Assembly: GCA_020137815.1 (NCBI GenBank)
Contig: CM035360.1
Coordinates: 5,208,001 to 5,272,000, forward strand
DNA length: 64,000 nt
Origin: Hormiphora californensis
Taxonomy: Eukaryota > Animalia > Ctenophora
Direction: 5' to 3'
The position numbers were made by a program, and so were the translations under genes. The notes below the pieces were generated by a model that saw only the letters and a list, made by a program, of their open reading frames with translations, made no database searches and was not told the origin of the DNA. Of this stretch, positions 1 to 29,200 are shown in pieces (the stretch's first letter is position 1; the number at the start of each line of letters is the position of its first letter).

Positions 1-13604
<13,604 letters not shown>

Positions 13605-14237
13605 GAAACTGTACCAGATACTGTATTTGTAGAATAAGGGGACAAGGACTGTATCAGATATATGGAACTAATCTCTAGGACTACTTCATCCAGCGGGTTA
13701 ATATTTTGGAGAATAAGTTTAGAATAAATGTCATTTTTTATTACGAGTGCAGTGTAAACAGTTGTTGAGACTGAGGGTTTATCATATAATAGTCTAAACA
13801 TTAAACATTTATTTTTGCCGTATGCTCATTTTCGCATGTTTTTACGCTATTGTTACTGTTAAGTTTGTCATGTTTTTGAGTGCATGTGTATGTTGTGTAT
13901 AAAGATATTATAGGTTTTCTTTTAGATCCAAACAGACGAGAAATTGTTTCATTTTTCAATTTCGTCTCAAGGTCCGTTGTCACATTTCTCGCTTCAACTA
14001 GCAGGACGGTGAGATGAACTCTTAAAAGATCGCGCTAATAATAAAATCATCTGCCAACGTGCCAGGGACAACTTAGCAAACTGCAAAGGGTGGTCCGTGG
14101 TGGAAGGGCCACCGAAATCCTTGTCAGTGCAGCTCTGAAAAGGACCAACCGTCCCTGGATGCTGCGCGCGTGTTAGTGTAAACAGGGCGCGCGAAGTTCA
14201 CTACAAAATATGCGAGTGGAGTTCGCGCTCCAACTTA

Positions 14238-14458
14238 AAGTCGGATTTTTTGAAACTGTCACCCCCCTAGAGTTTTCAAATTTCTTTAAATGACCATAAG
14301 TCCGGTTCCTGATGAGATAGAGACTTGAAATTTGGAAGTTACGAAGATCTTGCTAAGTTCTTCCGAACCTCCAAATTTCAAGTCTCTATCTTATCAGGAA
14401 CCGGAGATATGACAAATTTTTTATTTCAGGGGGGTGACAGTTTCAAAAAATCCGAGTA
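14238..14458. mobile_element. Palindromic MITE
   Basis: Arms TCGGATTTTTTGAAACTGTCACCCCC / GGGGGTGACAGTTTCAAAAAATCCGA with an inner inverted repeat; a short relative lies at 31208-31282. Confidence 0.75.
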
Positions 14459-15033
14459 TACTGTGCCACACACACAGGTGGGCAGGGATAGGCCGAATTA
14501 TCCGTGTCACGACACTCGGAAAGAGTTTCTCTTTGTCACATAGTGTGTGTGTAACTTATAAGCAGGATGCTATTAGCACAAGATGTAACAATCTTTCCGT
14601 CCGAATTCCAATCAACGAGCAAAACTAACAGATTTTAGGTAAATTTGAGTATTGGAAATATTTATACAAAATATGATTATGAAAATATATATCCTCATTA
14701 CGATGTTCAAATCTGGCTAAAAGCGACTGCCTCAACTAACACACTAACTAAATTAAACAGCTAAAAAGACACTTCCAAACCCGACATGTATTACATTAAA
14801 TATTAATATTGGAGTATCTCTTTTTGTAAAACAGTTCACGTATGTTTCAATTACCTAATTGATATTCCAATAATGCCTAGTAAAAGTATAATATCTCAAA
14901 CTCACTCTATTAATGGAATCTAAAGGTAAAAACAATAAAACAAGTTTATTTGAGGTATCCCAACTCGAAACACTAAGCTAGCTCCAATGACCAATGTTTA
15001 ATCGAAACACTAGCTCCAAACTCCTTGAAATCC

Positions 15034-16555
<1,522 letters not shown>

Positions 16556-17394
16556 CTGTAACATCAAGAACAGTCGTGACTCACAGTCATGAATAGGAAA
16601 CTTGTGGTTTTTATGAAATCTGATATTATCTTTTCAAAATATTTTATTATGAGTCGTTTTTTAAATAAAAGTTTACACGTGTCAAATGTGTCACAGTATG
16701 AAAACAGAGAGGTACTGTATAACACACATACACAGCACACAGACAACATGCATACAAAGGAACATGCTGGCACAATATGTTATTAGGCGTGAGAACTTCC
16801 ACACATTCGGTTTGAACATTTGAAATTAACGGAATGTTGCAACTTCCATGCACCAAGGGTTTTGTGCGAACTGTAATTGAATTTCCAGTGTCCTATAGAA
16901 AATATCGTGGAATTGATGGTGTGTTGTGTTGTGTGATTTCAATTTACATTTCAATTTACATTGTCATTGTGTATACACTGTACGATGTAGATAGCGTTAA
17001 TTTTGTACTTACTATCTCACACAAAATCATGATATTTTTGGGCTTGCGCAGTGCCGCCAGATCTAATCGCAAATTAACCATGGCTAAAAGTGGAAACAGG
17101 TTTAATCAATTGGATGTAACAATCATATCTGTGTGCTCTTAAAAAGAACTGGAATACATGACAGGGTTAGGCTGAATATTTTACACGAAAGTCCCTCAGC
17201 CAGTTGAGGACTGCCTCTAAAAAAGCAGGATCTGGTCCAGGCCTCTGATTCTGAGACTGGGAGCAAAAACATTGGTATAAAAAAGTAAATGCACCCCTCA
17301 TACCCTTGGTGACGCAGTCACCCCTACACTAGCCGCGTGGCTAAACGAAGCCTGTGAAGGGGATATGAATATGAACTTCACAATTTATAATGAG

Positions 17395-17701
17395 CAGGGG
17401 CGGCTCTGCCATGCGGACGATGCGGACGCGTCCGCATTTTTACTTTGGATCACTGAGAGAAAAAGAAAAAATTTAAGGAAAAGGGTCAATTTTTCTCAAA
17501 ATTTGATGTTTCAAATGAGATTTTTAGTGAAATCCGCGCGCCACACAGGTTTTTTTGCCGTCGCAGTATTTTTTGATCGGCGCGCTACGTCAAAATAGCC
17601 AATGCGGACCATCCGCATTGGGTATTTCGACGGAACGCGCAAGTTAAAAATGTTTCAGCCGCATTTTGACCAGAGCGGCTGAAAGCCGCGCACCGCCCCT
17701 G
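17395..17701. mobile_element. hAT-type MITE (307 bp)
   Basis: TIR CAGGGGCGG / CCGCCCCTG; perfect 8-bp TSD ATAATGAG. Confidence 0.88.
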
Positions 17702-19219
17702 ATAATGAGTCAATATAGGAAAATATGCGACTCTTCCGCTCTTACACTATACGTATAAAATATATATATCTATAAATATACGCTACAAGGCTGAGGCTAA
17801 AAGCACAACAGCAGTCCTAAAGCGGGATGTCATCACCAACTCCCACCCGGCTAGGCAGAGCTGAGAAGTTTTTACAGATCAACACACTTTCCCTCTACGT
17901 AGTACGTTCCCATCAGGAAATGTTTATATTTGTTTCCCTCATATCAGGTATACTTAAAATTATTTCAAAATGCATAAAAATCTCAGCCTCTGGACCCTGC
18001 TTGCGAGGGCTCTCCCCCCGCCCCCTACGGTCTACGCCCCTGGACTCTGCTTGTGGGGGTTCATCCCCACATTCTCTGACCGTGGCTACCGCCCCTGGCT
18101 CCGGGCACTGGTTCCCTTGAGCCTAAAAACTGGAAAACGGGAAGAAAAAGCGAATTTTTCAAATTTTTGAATTTTGGGGGGAAATCCCGATTCGCGTTTT
18201 TGAAATTAATTAAATAGCGCGCGGCTTAACTCAGCAGCGCTTTAATCGGATACGTTTCGCGTGTTACGTTTTGCGCGGAATTTGGCATCGGATAAGCAAC
18301 CGAATTTATTCCCATTCGTTTTTAACAACTTTTTTGGAAAACTAACAAAAAATTTGAAAAGCGCTGCCTTATCCCGCGCTGCTATCGGGGGCCAGCAACG
18401 TTTGCCAAACAAAAAATTGTTTTCGCTAACTTAAAAAAACCCCAGAAGTTGTCAAGGGACCAGGACCCATGTACTGCTTGGAGATACTTAGAGCATACTT
18501 AGACAACTTTAGCTTCGATCCTGGTCTACACTGCATAACTTGAATTGAAGAATCATAGCTTAGAGATAAAAATGTATTAAATTGAAGAATCTTGGACTGG
18601 TTGCGAATATTTTTCAGCGAGGGAGGCTCTGTGAGGAGCTGGCACATGTGCTGTTTATAGACGATAAAAATTTTCCCCGACATTACGGAAGCTCAGTGTT
18701 TCTCATGACCGTGCCGGTATGGACCATGCCAATGAGTCACTTCTCAAACCCGGTGCGAGGGAAGCTTTTCTCATACCATTGCATTGGTCATTGCAGGGTC
18801 TTTTGGTTAAGGCAGTGGGAAACTGGAAAGTGTGTACGCACAGTCCATAACTAAATATAACTGATAGCTGTATCCCGTGATATCAAATAGCTTTTAATTT
18901 TTATTTCATTCTTATTTAAATGTAAAAAATTATTCATTCCTTTCACACCACTATAATAATTTAGCCAAGATACCCAAGGACCTGGACCTGCATTGAGTCA
19001 ACAACCAGAGGAGGATAATTTTCAGATATGGTAAATATTTAAATTGCCTTGCTCGACCCTGATTCACCATCCCGTGTCCCGGAGGGTTTAAACCTAACAA
19101 TATTTAGATATATCCTTGTCGTTAGCACCCACATTCTTTAATCTCTTCTGCACCAAATGTGTCCTAAATCTGAGTAAGTCCTAAATTCTTATCGGGATTA
19201 TAGAGAATTCGCACATTAA

Positions 19220-20099
19220 CCCTTTGAGACCGATAGGGTCACCAGTGACCCCACGCTAATTATGCATCTAGCGTCTGTCCGAACTAAATCTAAGAAGTTT
19301 AAATGGTTTTCCGGGTTAGAATAGACACTTTTTGGCTGTTTTTGGGGTCATTTTAAGCTTTGAACATCTTAGTTTACTAGAAATGCCAACTCTAAGCCAT
19401 AAAAGTTGAAATTTTGGTGTAAAGTTGGCCATATCTCTAAAACGGTATAAGTAAGCCAATAATGGACCTACAAATCAAAAGAAAACCATAGGTTTTACCC
19501 CGGTATGAAGTTTCGTGATGATTTGATCAAATTTACAACGTTCAGAGGGCAAATAATACCGGGGTCACCAGTGACCCTATCGTCCCCTAACGTTAATATA
19601 GAAATTTGGATTTTACGTGCATTTCTAAAGGATTGGCCACCGATAAAGGTCTAAAACGGCATTTTTCAAACGGGTGCTAGCGACTAACCGACTCCATCAG
19701 TGTTATCTATACATCTTAGAGAGTCGCTGAAAATTTTTTTGAGATTCGTGCTCCTTCATAAAAATTTTCATCTCGGCCAATTTTAAATTCTAAAATCGGC
19801 TACAGATGAGATACAGAGGTCCATAGGGTGTGTAAAATGTGCAGAATGGCCGGGTTTATATAAGTGTTATGAAGAAACATAGGGTCTAAGATGAGCGGTT
19901 TTCGAGTTATGAGGCAAAATAGCTACGAAATCTCAATTGTTTGCATTCCATTTGAGACCGATAGGGTCACTGGTGACCCCACAGAAACAAAGTTCGTAGA
20001 GACGAGTTTTTTGGTTCTGCTTTCAAGTAGGCTTGTTAGGAGTGTCTCCAGCAATTTTCAGATATTTCTGTCGATGGCGCCACTATCGGTCCCAAAGGG
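19220..20099. mobile_element. piggyBac-type non-autonomous element (880 bp)
   Basis: TTAA|CCCTTTGAGACCGATAG ... CTATCGGTCCCAAAGGG|TTAA; the internal palindromic motif GGGTCACCAGTGACCC recurs at about 19236, 19562 and 19963. Confidence 0.92.
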
Positions 20100-20704
20100 T
20101 TAAACAAAATATCCAGCCCATGCTTGTAAGTGATGAAAAATGAGGTTTTGTGGTGGTAGTGCAACCTGACCTCACCTGATCTACGAGGACCTACTAGGAT
20201 CTAGAGCCTAACCTCACCTAGAATCAGGCCTTAGATAGTTTCCGTAGTGTCACTAGCGAGAGTTATCAGAATGGGTGATCTTATCCCCTTCCATAAGTTA
20301 TAGTGTCACAATATAATAAGGTCAGGATTAATGTCCTCCAAAACTCACCAAAAATCATTTTTATTAGAAAAAGTTTTGTTGTGCCCCAAATTGCTTAGTT
20401 AGGCGTGGCCCGCCATGAAACATACCAAGCTAATATCTCACGATATGATAGACAGACGCTGCTACACACAGCAACATATCTCTCTTGAAACTTGATGATG
20501 AGTAGAAAATATCAAAGAGGACACTTCCGTGTGTCTACGTGATTCTAGTTGACACTCCTTTCAGTCACATTCATGTTGTTCTCTTAGTTCTTACTCAACC
20601 AATATCAAGTCGATTTTGTATGTTTAGATTTCCCCTGTAATAATAACGATATCAATACTGAGTAATTGTAAAAATCAATCCTTCTTTCTTAATTTCTCTC
20701 TTTT

Positions 20705-20737
<33 letters not shown>

Positions 20738-22739
20738 TTTCTCTCCCTTTTCTCTCTATCTGCAGCGTGTGTTTATTTAGCCAGGGTAAAATACCCAGAA
20801 AATCACGTCATGTAGATTGTAGATTATATTCCTAATTGATCTGTTGTGGCTCTACAGACTTCAATTTGTTGTTTTTATATCCGAAAAATAAAGGACATTA
20901 AACATATCAAATTCTAAAAGCTTTTATTTTCTCTGATTTGGTTTGTGCAGACACGCATAAAGCTCTGATTTGTAGATTTCATAAGATGTTGTTTACATTG
21001 GGTCTCCTATTTTCTCTTCCATTTCTAGTTCTGTTGCTTACTGCATGCAGTTGGTAATGAAATTACCCCTCCGCTATGGCTCACAGAGTATGCAATAAAA
21101 GGGGTGACTTCGTAACCAATGCATGCAGCGTGTCGATCTGGTACCCATTTACATGCTTCATGATTTGTTACTCCCAATCTTTCTCCTGGTGTGAGTTGCC
21201 TGCCCTCCCCCCCTCCAAACATGACATTGTCGCCTGTCGCACATGTGTTATCAGCAGCTTATCATACAGCTTGTATATTGCAGCTAGTCAGGTGACAGCG
21301 GGTCTTCTTACATGGAGACCACGTCCTACAGAAGTATATTATCCATAGCGTATTATCCATAGTCAAAGGATGAAACATTTCACCGCAAAACATGGTACTC
21401 AATTACTCAAATAACGATTCCTTCATTGATTGCTTGCTAACACGCCCCTTCCTGGCCCCCTCCTCTCCTCCCCCCCCCCCCCCTCAGTATCAACCCCCAC
21501 CCTACCCCTCAGTCCCTGGCCCTCAGTATCAACCCCCTCTCTCCTCTCCTTGTGTGCTCATATCCTTCACCCATCTCATGGGAAGATGGAGTTTACTTTG
21601 AGTTTTCAGATCACTATAATGAATAGAATTCCTTCATTTTTCGGCTTTCCTTTGCCACAAAGGTCGAATCATGCAGGAAGGAACTATGTTGGGCTGCATA
21701 ATAAAATACTTTTTAACATTTTCACAAAGTCACGTACTCTAACCCTGGAACTACTTAAATAGTCACCATTTGTGATTTTTCATTTCATTTTAGAATTTAT
21801 ATTTTTGCTTTTAGTTTTCAAAAAAGTGAGCGGTAAAGAAGTTAAGATAGGATGAAGCTATTTTTAGCTGCTAGAGATATATGAATCAGTATAATAAATG
21901 TGTATATTTTGGCATTCCACCCATAATCGTGACTAGTGAAGATTCAGTAAATACTGACATGTGAACATGCCTTGCTGACACAAGATGTATTCCGCCAGCT
22001 ACTGCCTTTTTCATGGTTCTATTCTTCTTTCTCTCTCCCTTTCTTTCTCTCCCTCTCTCTCCCTTTCTTTCTCTCTCTCCATCTCACTCTTTTTGGTTTT
22101 GAGTTTTGACAAAATGAAATGATTGTTCTTAGTTATTGATTTATCGATTATTTGATTTTGCTTGTTATTGCAGATCTTTGCTTGAACTATAAATTATATT
22201 AGGACGAGGGACGTACAACTTTTACTTCGGTTTCTTTGATCCTCTATTATCAAAGATCCTGATCTATAGCCGAATATCCTGACCTTCAAACATCCCAATC
22301 TATAGCTGAACATTGATCTAGCTGAATATATCCCTTCTGGAATCTTCTTCTCCAAGACTCGTTCAGCTGAAACCTACTAAACAACAGTAAACATTGCAAC
22401 ACGTTTTACCGGATCTGAGTATAATCAACACATCCTAATCAGCTACCAGTCAGAGGCAATGTTTTCAGTACGTTATCTTTCATTGTATCTTTTTGATTAT
22501 CTGTTTTACGATGTTAAGAGAACTTATAGAACCTAATGTGACCGACCGTTGTGGTCTCATAATATAGTCTCATAATATATCAGCTACAGCTCTGGATAAT
22601 GATCCGAGACAGTCACCATAACCCAGACATATATAATATAGGATTTAGGATGGCAGATGTTCCCATACTTCTAGATAGTCTAGATAGGCATAGTAGAGTT
22701 CCAGATAGCTGCATATTATATGCGTTATTATTGTCATAA

Positions 22740-22835
22740 ACTGACTGTACATCGTGCAACCTCCTCGCTACGCGGCCTCACGTAGCCGCACCGGGCCTTC
22801 GGCCCGGTGCGAAGAGGAGGGTCTTATATGAGACA
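22740..22835. mobile_element. Unclassified T-hairpin repeat, internally deleted copy 2
   Basis: Same segments as 15590-15920 joined directly; the hairpin loop reads TTC instead of GAA. Confidence 0.6.
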
Positions 22836-23200
22836 ACGTTATTAGGTTACAGATCTGTATGATTAAAAAAGGCTATTCTCTGATTATTAAATTAAGTCTC
22901 GAATTGTATGATTCAGTTTGCTTTGGATTCAGCAGCTGATACCATGGTGTCCACCTCCCAATTAGAGATTCGCTCACTTGTTCCCTGTGGGAGTTTTCCC
23001 AGGAACCCTCCAGAATAAAAAAAGAAGAAACAGGGTTTTTTAGTGCCCCCCCCCCCCCCCCCAAGAGTACTGATCTAAGTATATCGAACATTGAGAACGA
23101 TCCCTCCATCGACACACCTCTCTTTCCAACACGGGTCTTTATTTGGAAAATGTCCCCTGTTTTTCACGCGGTAACTCCAATTCTCTCTTCCCTATTTCAG

Positions 23201-26200
23201 TCAGGTCAGAAAACAGAACATCTTTTCAAAGTGCTGGTGATAGGAGATCTTGGAGTTGGGAAAACCAGTTTTATCAAGCGATATGTACACCAGTTCTTTT
23301 CAGTTCACTACAGAGCTACGGTATGATTTTCATAATCACAGGAGAATGAACCGAACAATTTTCTGAATTTTCCCAATTCTATATTTTCACAGCCGATTCT
23401 TTGCATTGTTTGACTATCTCTCCCCGCCTAACAACTGACCCCCGGCCTATCATATCTCAGATTGGGGTTGATTTCGCGTTAAAAGTAATAAACTGGGACG
23501 AAGACACGTTAATAAGATTACAGTTGTGGGATATTGCTGGCCAGGAACGATTCGGGAACATGACCAGGGTGAGTAAAATCCCAATTTATTCACATAACAT
23601 TTGTACCGTCCGTTCATGCCGAATGCCACATGACACGACCCTGTCACGTGATACCCCACTCCCCCCCCCCCCGCCCTGATAAAAGCAGGTACAGAGCGCA
23701 ATTCAATAAGATTAATCATTAAAGGGCCCATTACTTTGATGTATATGATACCCCGGCCCCAGTATTATTGGATTCTGCTTCCTCGAAAAAAAATATCACT
23801 TGGTTGAAGTGAGGGGCCTGAGAAAAAGAATGAGATTTGAAACTAGGAATGTCTTTTTTCTTAGAATTAATCTCACTCGATCCTCGTGAACCCAGTAAGA
23901 CAAACAAAGTCAGTTTCGTAGAAATAGCTTCTCTGTGGTTAGTAGCTGCAGAGTAACGGGTGACAACTAAAAATGTTCCCTAATTTAAAACGGCTGTAGA
24001 ATTTTTTCCCCGCCCGGGTGAAGGCCGAAGGCCTTCACCCGGATGCCTTTTGCAAAAAGGCATAGGGGTTTAGAAATCTAAACGGATATAGTGACTATGT
24101 GTAGCAAGTCAGCTCTCTTGTCCCGTTTCAGGTTGCGAGGGGCAACATGTAGCAACTAGAGCCGCGCACACAACAACAACCTGCTCCTTCATAAACCACT
24201 TCATTGAACCGTTTTCAGGAAATGTCTGGCGCGCGATTCCGCAATGTGGCGCGCAATTTAGTGCAACTGAAACACAAGGATTTGTTCTATACTGTTTGGG
24301 TGATCTATAAATGATCCGAAATGTCTGTCCCGCCGTCATGTTAGGAATAGGAATGAAAGGTTGGCGGGGAAACATAGCATTATGAAACCCGATAGTTGAT
24401 TTATCAGTCGTTTGAAGATTTTGCGCGCTCATGATCACTGCTAGCTGGGGGATTTAACACCCTGCTCGCGATTTATCAGGCCAGTGTCCTTTTTCACGCG
24501 TTTCTCTTCATTTGAATAACATGCGTGTAAAATTCTAAGTATTGAAAATGTGTGTAAACACACAGTTCTGTCAACAAAAGAAAGGGGAAACATGTCTGCA
24601 ACACGTTTCAATGTTATCTCTCTCATAAGGAGTGAAAAGAATCACATTCCATTCATTTCTCTCTCTCATTGTCTCTTTTACTGTTCATTACCTCTGACAG
24701 TGTGTATTGCCCCTAATCTTTCTCTCTCTTTCTCAAACATGTTAGGAACAGTAGACACTAAGTCTACACACATTTTCAGGGTATCTGTTGACTATTTACC
24801 AGCAGTTCTAGTGTGTTTCACCTTGTGTTGTGTCTCTTATTTGTGTGTAATTACTATCGGGTTTCATAAAATATGAACGTTTGTTAGCCTATCGCGTTAT
24901 AGGTTTAAATCACCTCCCCCTCACCCTCGGCTGGCGCCTCGGGATCGGAGTCGGGATTTAAACCAGTTTAATCGCCCTACCGGGCGATTAAACTCCAGTT
25001 GGCTGTCCCCAGCTCGCGCTGGGAACAGCCAACTTCATAACGCGCCAGTCTACAAACGTTCATACTTCATATGAAACATAATGCATTTATTCTTGTTCTC
25101 TTTTGAGATACAGCTTCGGGCTAGTGATAGAACCGTTTTTCAGACAATTTTGTATCGGAGTTAGGTTGCTAGCTGAAAATATCATGGGTCTAGCAGGCCT
25201 AGGAACTTTCTAGGAATGTATGGGTCTAGCAGGCCTAGGAACTTTCTAGGAATGTATGGGTCTAGCAGGCCTAGGAACTTTCTAGGAATGTATGGGTCTA
25301 GCAGGCCTAGGAACTTTCTAGGAATGTATGGGTCTAGCTGGCCTAAGAACTTTTTAGGGATGTATGGGTCTATCTGGCCTAGGAACTTTCTAGGAAGGTA
25401 TGGGTCTAGCTGGCCTAGGAACTTTCTAGGAAGGTATAGGTCTAGCAGGCCTAGGAACTTTCTAGGAAGGTATTATGGGTCTAGCTGGCCTAGGAACTTT
25501 CTAGGAAGGTATAGGTCTAGCAGGCCTAGGAACTTTTTAGGAAGGTATGGGTCTAGCTGACCTAGGAACTTTCTAGGAATGTATGGGTCTATCTGGCCTA
25601 GGAACTTTCTAGGAAGGTATAGGTCTAGCTGGTCTAGGAACTTTCTAGGAAGGTATGGGTCTAGCTGGCCTAGGAACTTTCTAGGAATGTATGGGTCTAG
25701 CTGGCCTAGGAACTTTCTAGGAAGGTATAGGTCTAGCAGGCCTAGGAACTTTCTAGGAAGGTATTATGGGTCTAGCTGGCCTAGGAACTTTCTAGGAAGG
25801 TATAGGTCTAGCAGGCCTAGGAACTTTTTAGGAAGGTATGGGTCTAGCTGACCTAGGAACTTTCTAGGAATGTATGGGTCTATCTGGCCTAGGAACTTTC
25901 TAGGAAGGTATAGGTCTAGCTGGTCTAGGAACTTTCTAGGAAGGTATGGGTCTAGCTGGCCTAGGAACTTTCTAGGAATGTATGGGTCTATCTGGCCTAG
26001 GAACTTTCTAGGAAGGTATGGGTCTAGCAGGCCTAGGAACTTTCTAGGAATGTATGGGTCTAGCTGGCCTAGGAACTTTCTAGGAATGTATGGGTCTAGC
26101 TGGCCTAGGAACTTTCTAGGAAGGTATAGGTCTAGCTGGCCTAGGAACTTTCTAGCAAGGTATGGGTCTAGATGGCCTAGGAACTTTCTAGGAAGGTATG

Positions 26201-29200
26201 GGTCTAGCTGGCCTAGGAGCTTTCTAGGAAGGTATAGGTCTAGCTGGCCTAGGAACTTTCTAGGAATGTATGGGTCTAGCTGGCCTAGGAACTTTCTAGG
26301 AATGTATGGGTCTAGCTGGCCTAGGAACTTTCTAGGAAGGTATGGGTCTAGCTGGCCTAGGAACTTTCTAGCAAGGTATGGGTCTAGCTGGTCTAGGAAC
26401 TTTCTAGGAATGTATGGGTCTAGCTGGCCTAGGAACTTTCTAGCAAGGTATGGGTCTAGCTGGCCTAGGAACTTTCTAGGAATGTATGGGTCTAGCTGGC
26501 CTAGGAACTTTCTAGGAAGGTATGGGTCTCGCAGGCCTAGGAACTTTCTAGGAAGGTATGGGCTAGCAGGTCTAGGAACTTTCTAGCAAGCTATGGGTCT
26601 AGCAGGCCTAGGAACTTTCTAGGAAGGTATGGGTCTAGCTGGCCTAGGAACTTTCTAGGAATGCATGGGTCTAGCTGGCCTAGGAACTTTCTAGGAATGT
26701 ATGGGTCTAGATGGCCTAGGAACTTTCTAGGAAGGTATGGGTCTAGCTGGTCTAGGAACTTTCTAGGAATGCATGGGTCTAGCTGGCCTAGGAACTTTCT
26801 AGCAAGGTATGGGTCTCAGTAATCTAGCAGGCCTAGGCCAGGATTAATGAATATTCCGGGAAAACTTGGACCTAGTCCCAGCTGGCCTGGTATTATTCTG
26901 GGAAGGTCTGGACCTAAATGGCTTAGGAACATTCTAGGAATGTATGACCGTGATAGCACGTGGGGATTAACCAAGTTTGTCTGGTTTTATTCATATGGTG
27001 AGCCACCTGCCGTATTTTAGCAGGAACTTGTAAAGTGAATATATCAGCTCATTTATATTTGTGTAGTAGTTCCGTGGAACGGGATAGAAATTACATGAAT
27101 AAATGTGGGGTCAGTACTCAGTTGGTGAAGTAGAAACAGTTTGAAGTTACATAAAAATTTCATAAACCATATATGAATGGGGATATGCGAGAATATTTTA
27201 TATATTTTTAGGAAAATATAGAGGGAGGAAGGGAGGGAGAAGAAAGAAAATATCTCAGGAATATCATGTTTTCTGTAAACTTCATACTTTGAACTTGCAG
27301 CTCTGGAGAAAGTTGGAAAGATTCAATATCATATGGAAGTGAAACTTTGAGGGGCATGGTAGTGCCAAGCTATTTATCGAAGTTCATTGGTATCCTGGTT
27401 CGACAAGAAGTTCATTGATATGATTATTGATTGAATCAGTATCGATCCCTGTAACTTGGAGATAGATCCTGAAGTAGACAACAGAATATAACATGTATGT
27501 GAGGGAGAATATGTAGAGAATATATAGATCATCTGCTCATTTTGTAAACTGTACAGCCGAAAGGAGAAAACCATATACTTTCTCAGCTCATCATGGATGA
27601 TATGTAATTGTATCAAGTATATCCAGGGGGCATACCGCACTGTATTTGTCTGTGCTCAAACATACACATTATTTAGATAGCCTACTGCATATTCAGCGCA
27701 GAAGAGTATGCGATATATCTAGTCGCCTGACATTGTACGTCTGTCTATGCTATGGACAATTCAAATAAATTTAGGCTACTACCGCAACTCTAACCAAGTC
27801 TTGTCCACCCCAAGTCTCCCACTATACTAACTCTACTCTAACCAAATCCCATTTCCCAGGTCTACTACAAGGAAGCGGTGGCAGCTATTATTGTGTTCGA
27901 CTCAACACGACAGTCAACATTTGATGCAGTGTTAACGTGGAAGAACGATCTGGACAGTAAGGTGTTGTTACCCAATGGGGAGCCTGTACCCTGCCTTCTA
28001 CTCAGCAATAAGGTACGTGATAAACAAAACTGGAATTTTGTAGGTTTAGTATATCCACCCCTTACACCTGACAGGCCTGTCAGTACGATACCTGACCATT
28101 TCTGAGAATACGGTCACTGCAGCAGTGACCATTATCAGAAAGGGTCAGTGCGATGACTGGCAGTGACAGGCTGAGAAGCGTTGAGGCATGTTTCATGCTT
28201 CACTTGTCAGGTGTGAAACATGTCGACACTCGACGTACCAATGTTATTCTTTCACCTGCTTCTTACTGCAGTTTGTTTAGCTAGTATTATATCTCTTCCT
28301 CTCCCTCTACTCACCTCCCTACCCGGCTACCTCTCACACCATGACATTTAGCCACCTGTTGACCTGCTGCAATGTGTGTGCCCCTAAATATATAACCTGG
28401 CAGATGATTCTTAGAAATCTAGAAAAGACCCAGGCTGCACGTGTGTGTTTTTAGCAGAAATCTACTGCACGTGTGTTTGTGTATCATCGGATTATATAAT
28501 TCCGGGTATTATGTTGCACCACATATCCTACTTGAGTACCATGCTGACTAAATAAACATGCTGGGTACTGAGTTTCCGTCTTAGTACCCTCCACCAGCAG
28601 AGTATACACACGCATGCACACTGTTATAATACACAGCCAGCAGGGTGCCTGCAGATCATATTTTAACACACCACCCAAATTAGATTAATTGTACACTATA
28701 GCTGGGGTGGACAATCATTGGATGTGTATAATCATGTGATAGCACCTTTTTGTAGCAATGTATATGGTCCAACCATGCATTCTGAAACCTAGCCCCCACC
28801 TGGTGTACCAGATGAATCCATTGTATGCATGATACTACTCATTCAAATAGTACAGGTGGGGAGCAGGTGCTGAATTCAATCTCCCCTCCTCTCCCCTCCT
28901 CTCCTCTCCTCTATTCAAATGAGGTCTAGTGTAATGATGCATGGTCCTAGGTACATTATATTTAGAGTAGCCCTGGCTTTTATAGACTTGGGTATCATTC
29001 TCCAACGTTAGGGTACCGGCAACCAAAGATATTGGGTGAACATGTTAGACTCTCCAAAATATATCAGCTTGGTATTTATCCCTTTGGGGACGATAAGCCC
29101 CCTGTCGCAAGCACTGGGTAACCTGTGACCCAATCGTCCCTAAAGGGTTAGATCAAAATGATCTTAGCCTCATATGAGTCACTAAAAAAGGTCGGTGGTT

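Noticed and set aside
18426-18790. Candidate first exon(s) of the MARVEL gene
   Set aside because: A donor-like GTTAG exists at 18430, but no ATG-initiated frame with a matching phase could be established.
28062-28217. Degenerate palindromic segment (TTACACCTGACA...TGTCAGGTGTGAA)
   Set aside because: Probably an old MITE, but too decayed to define TIR or TSD.
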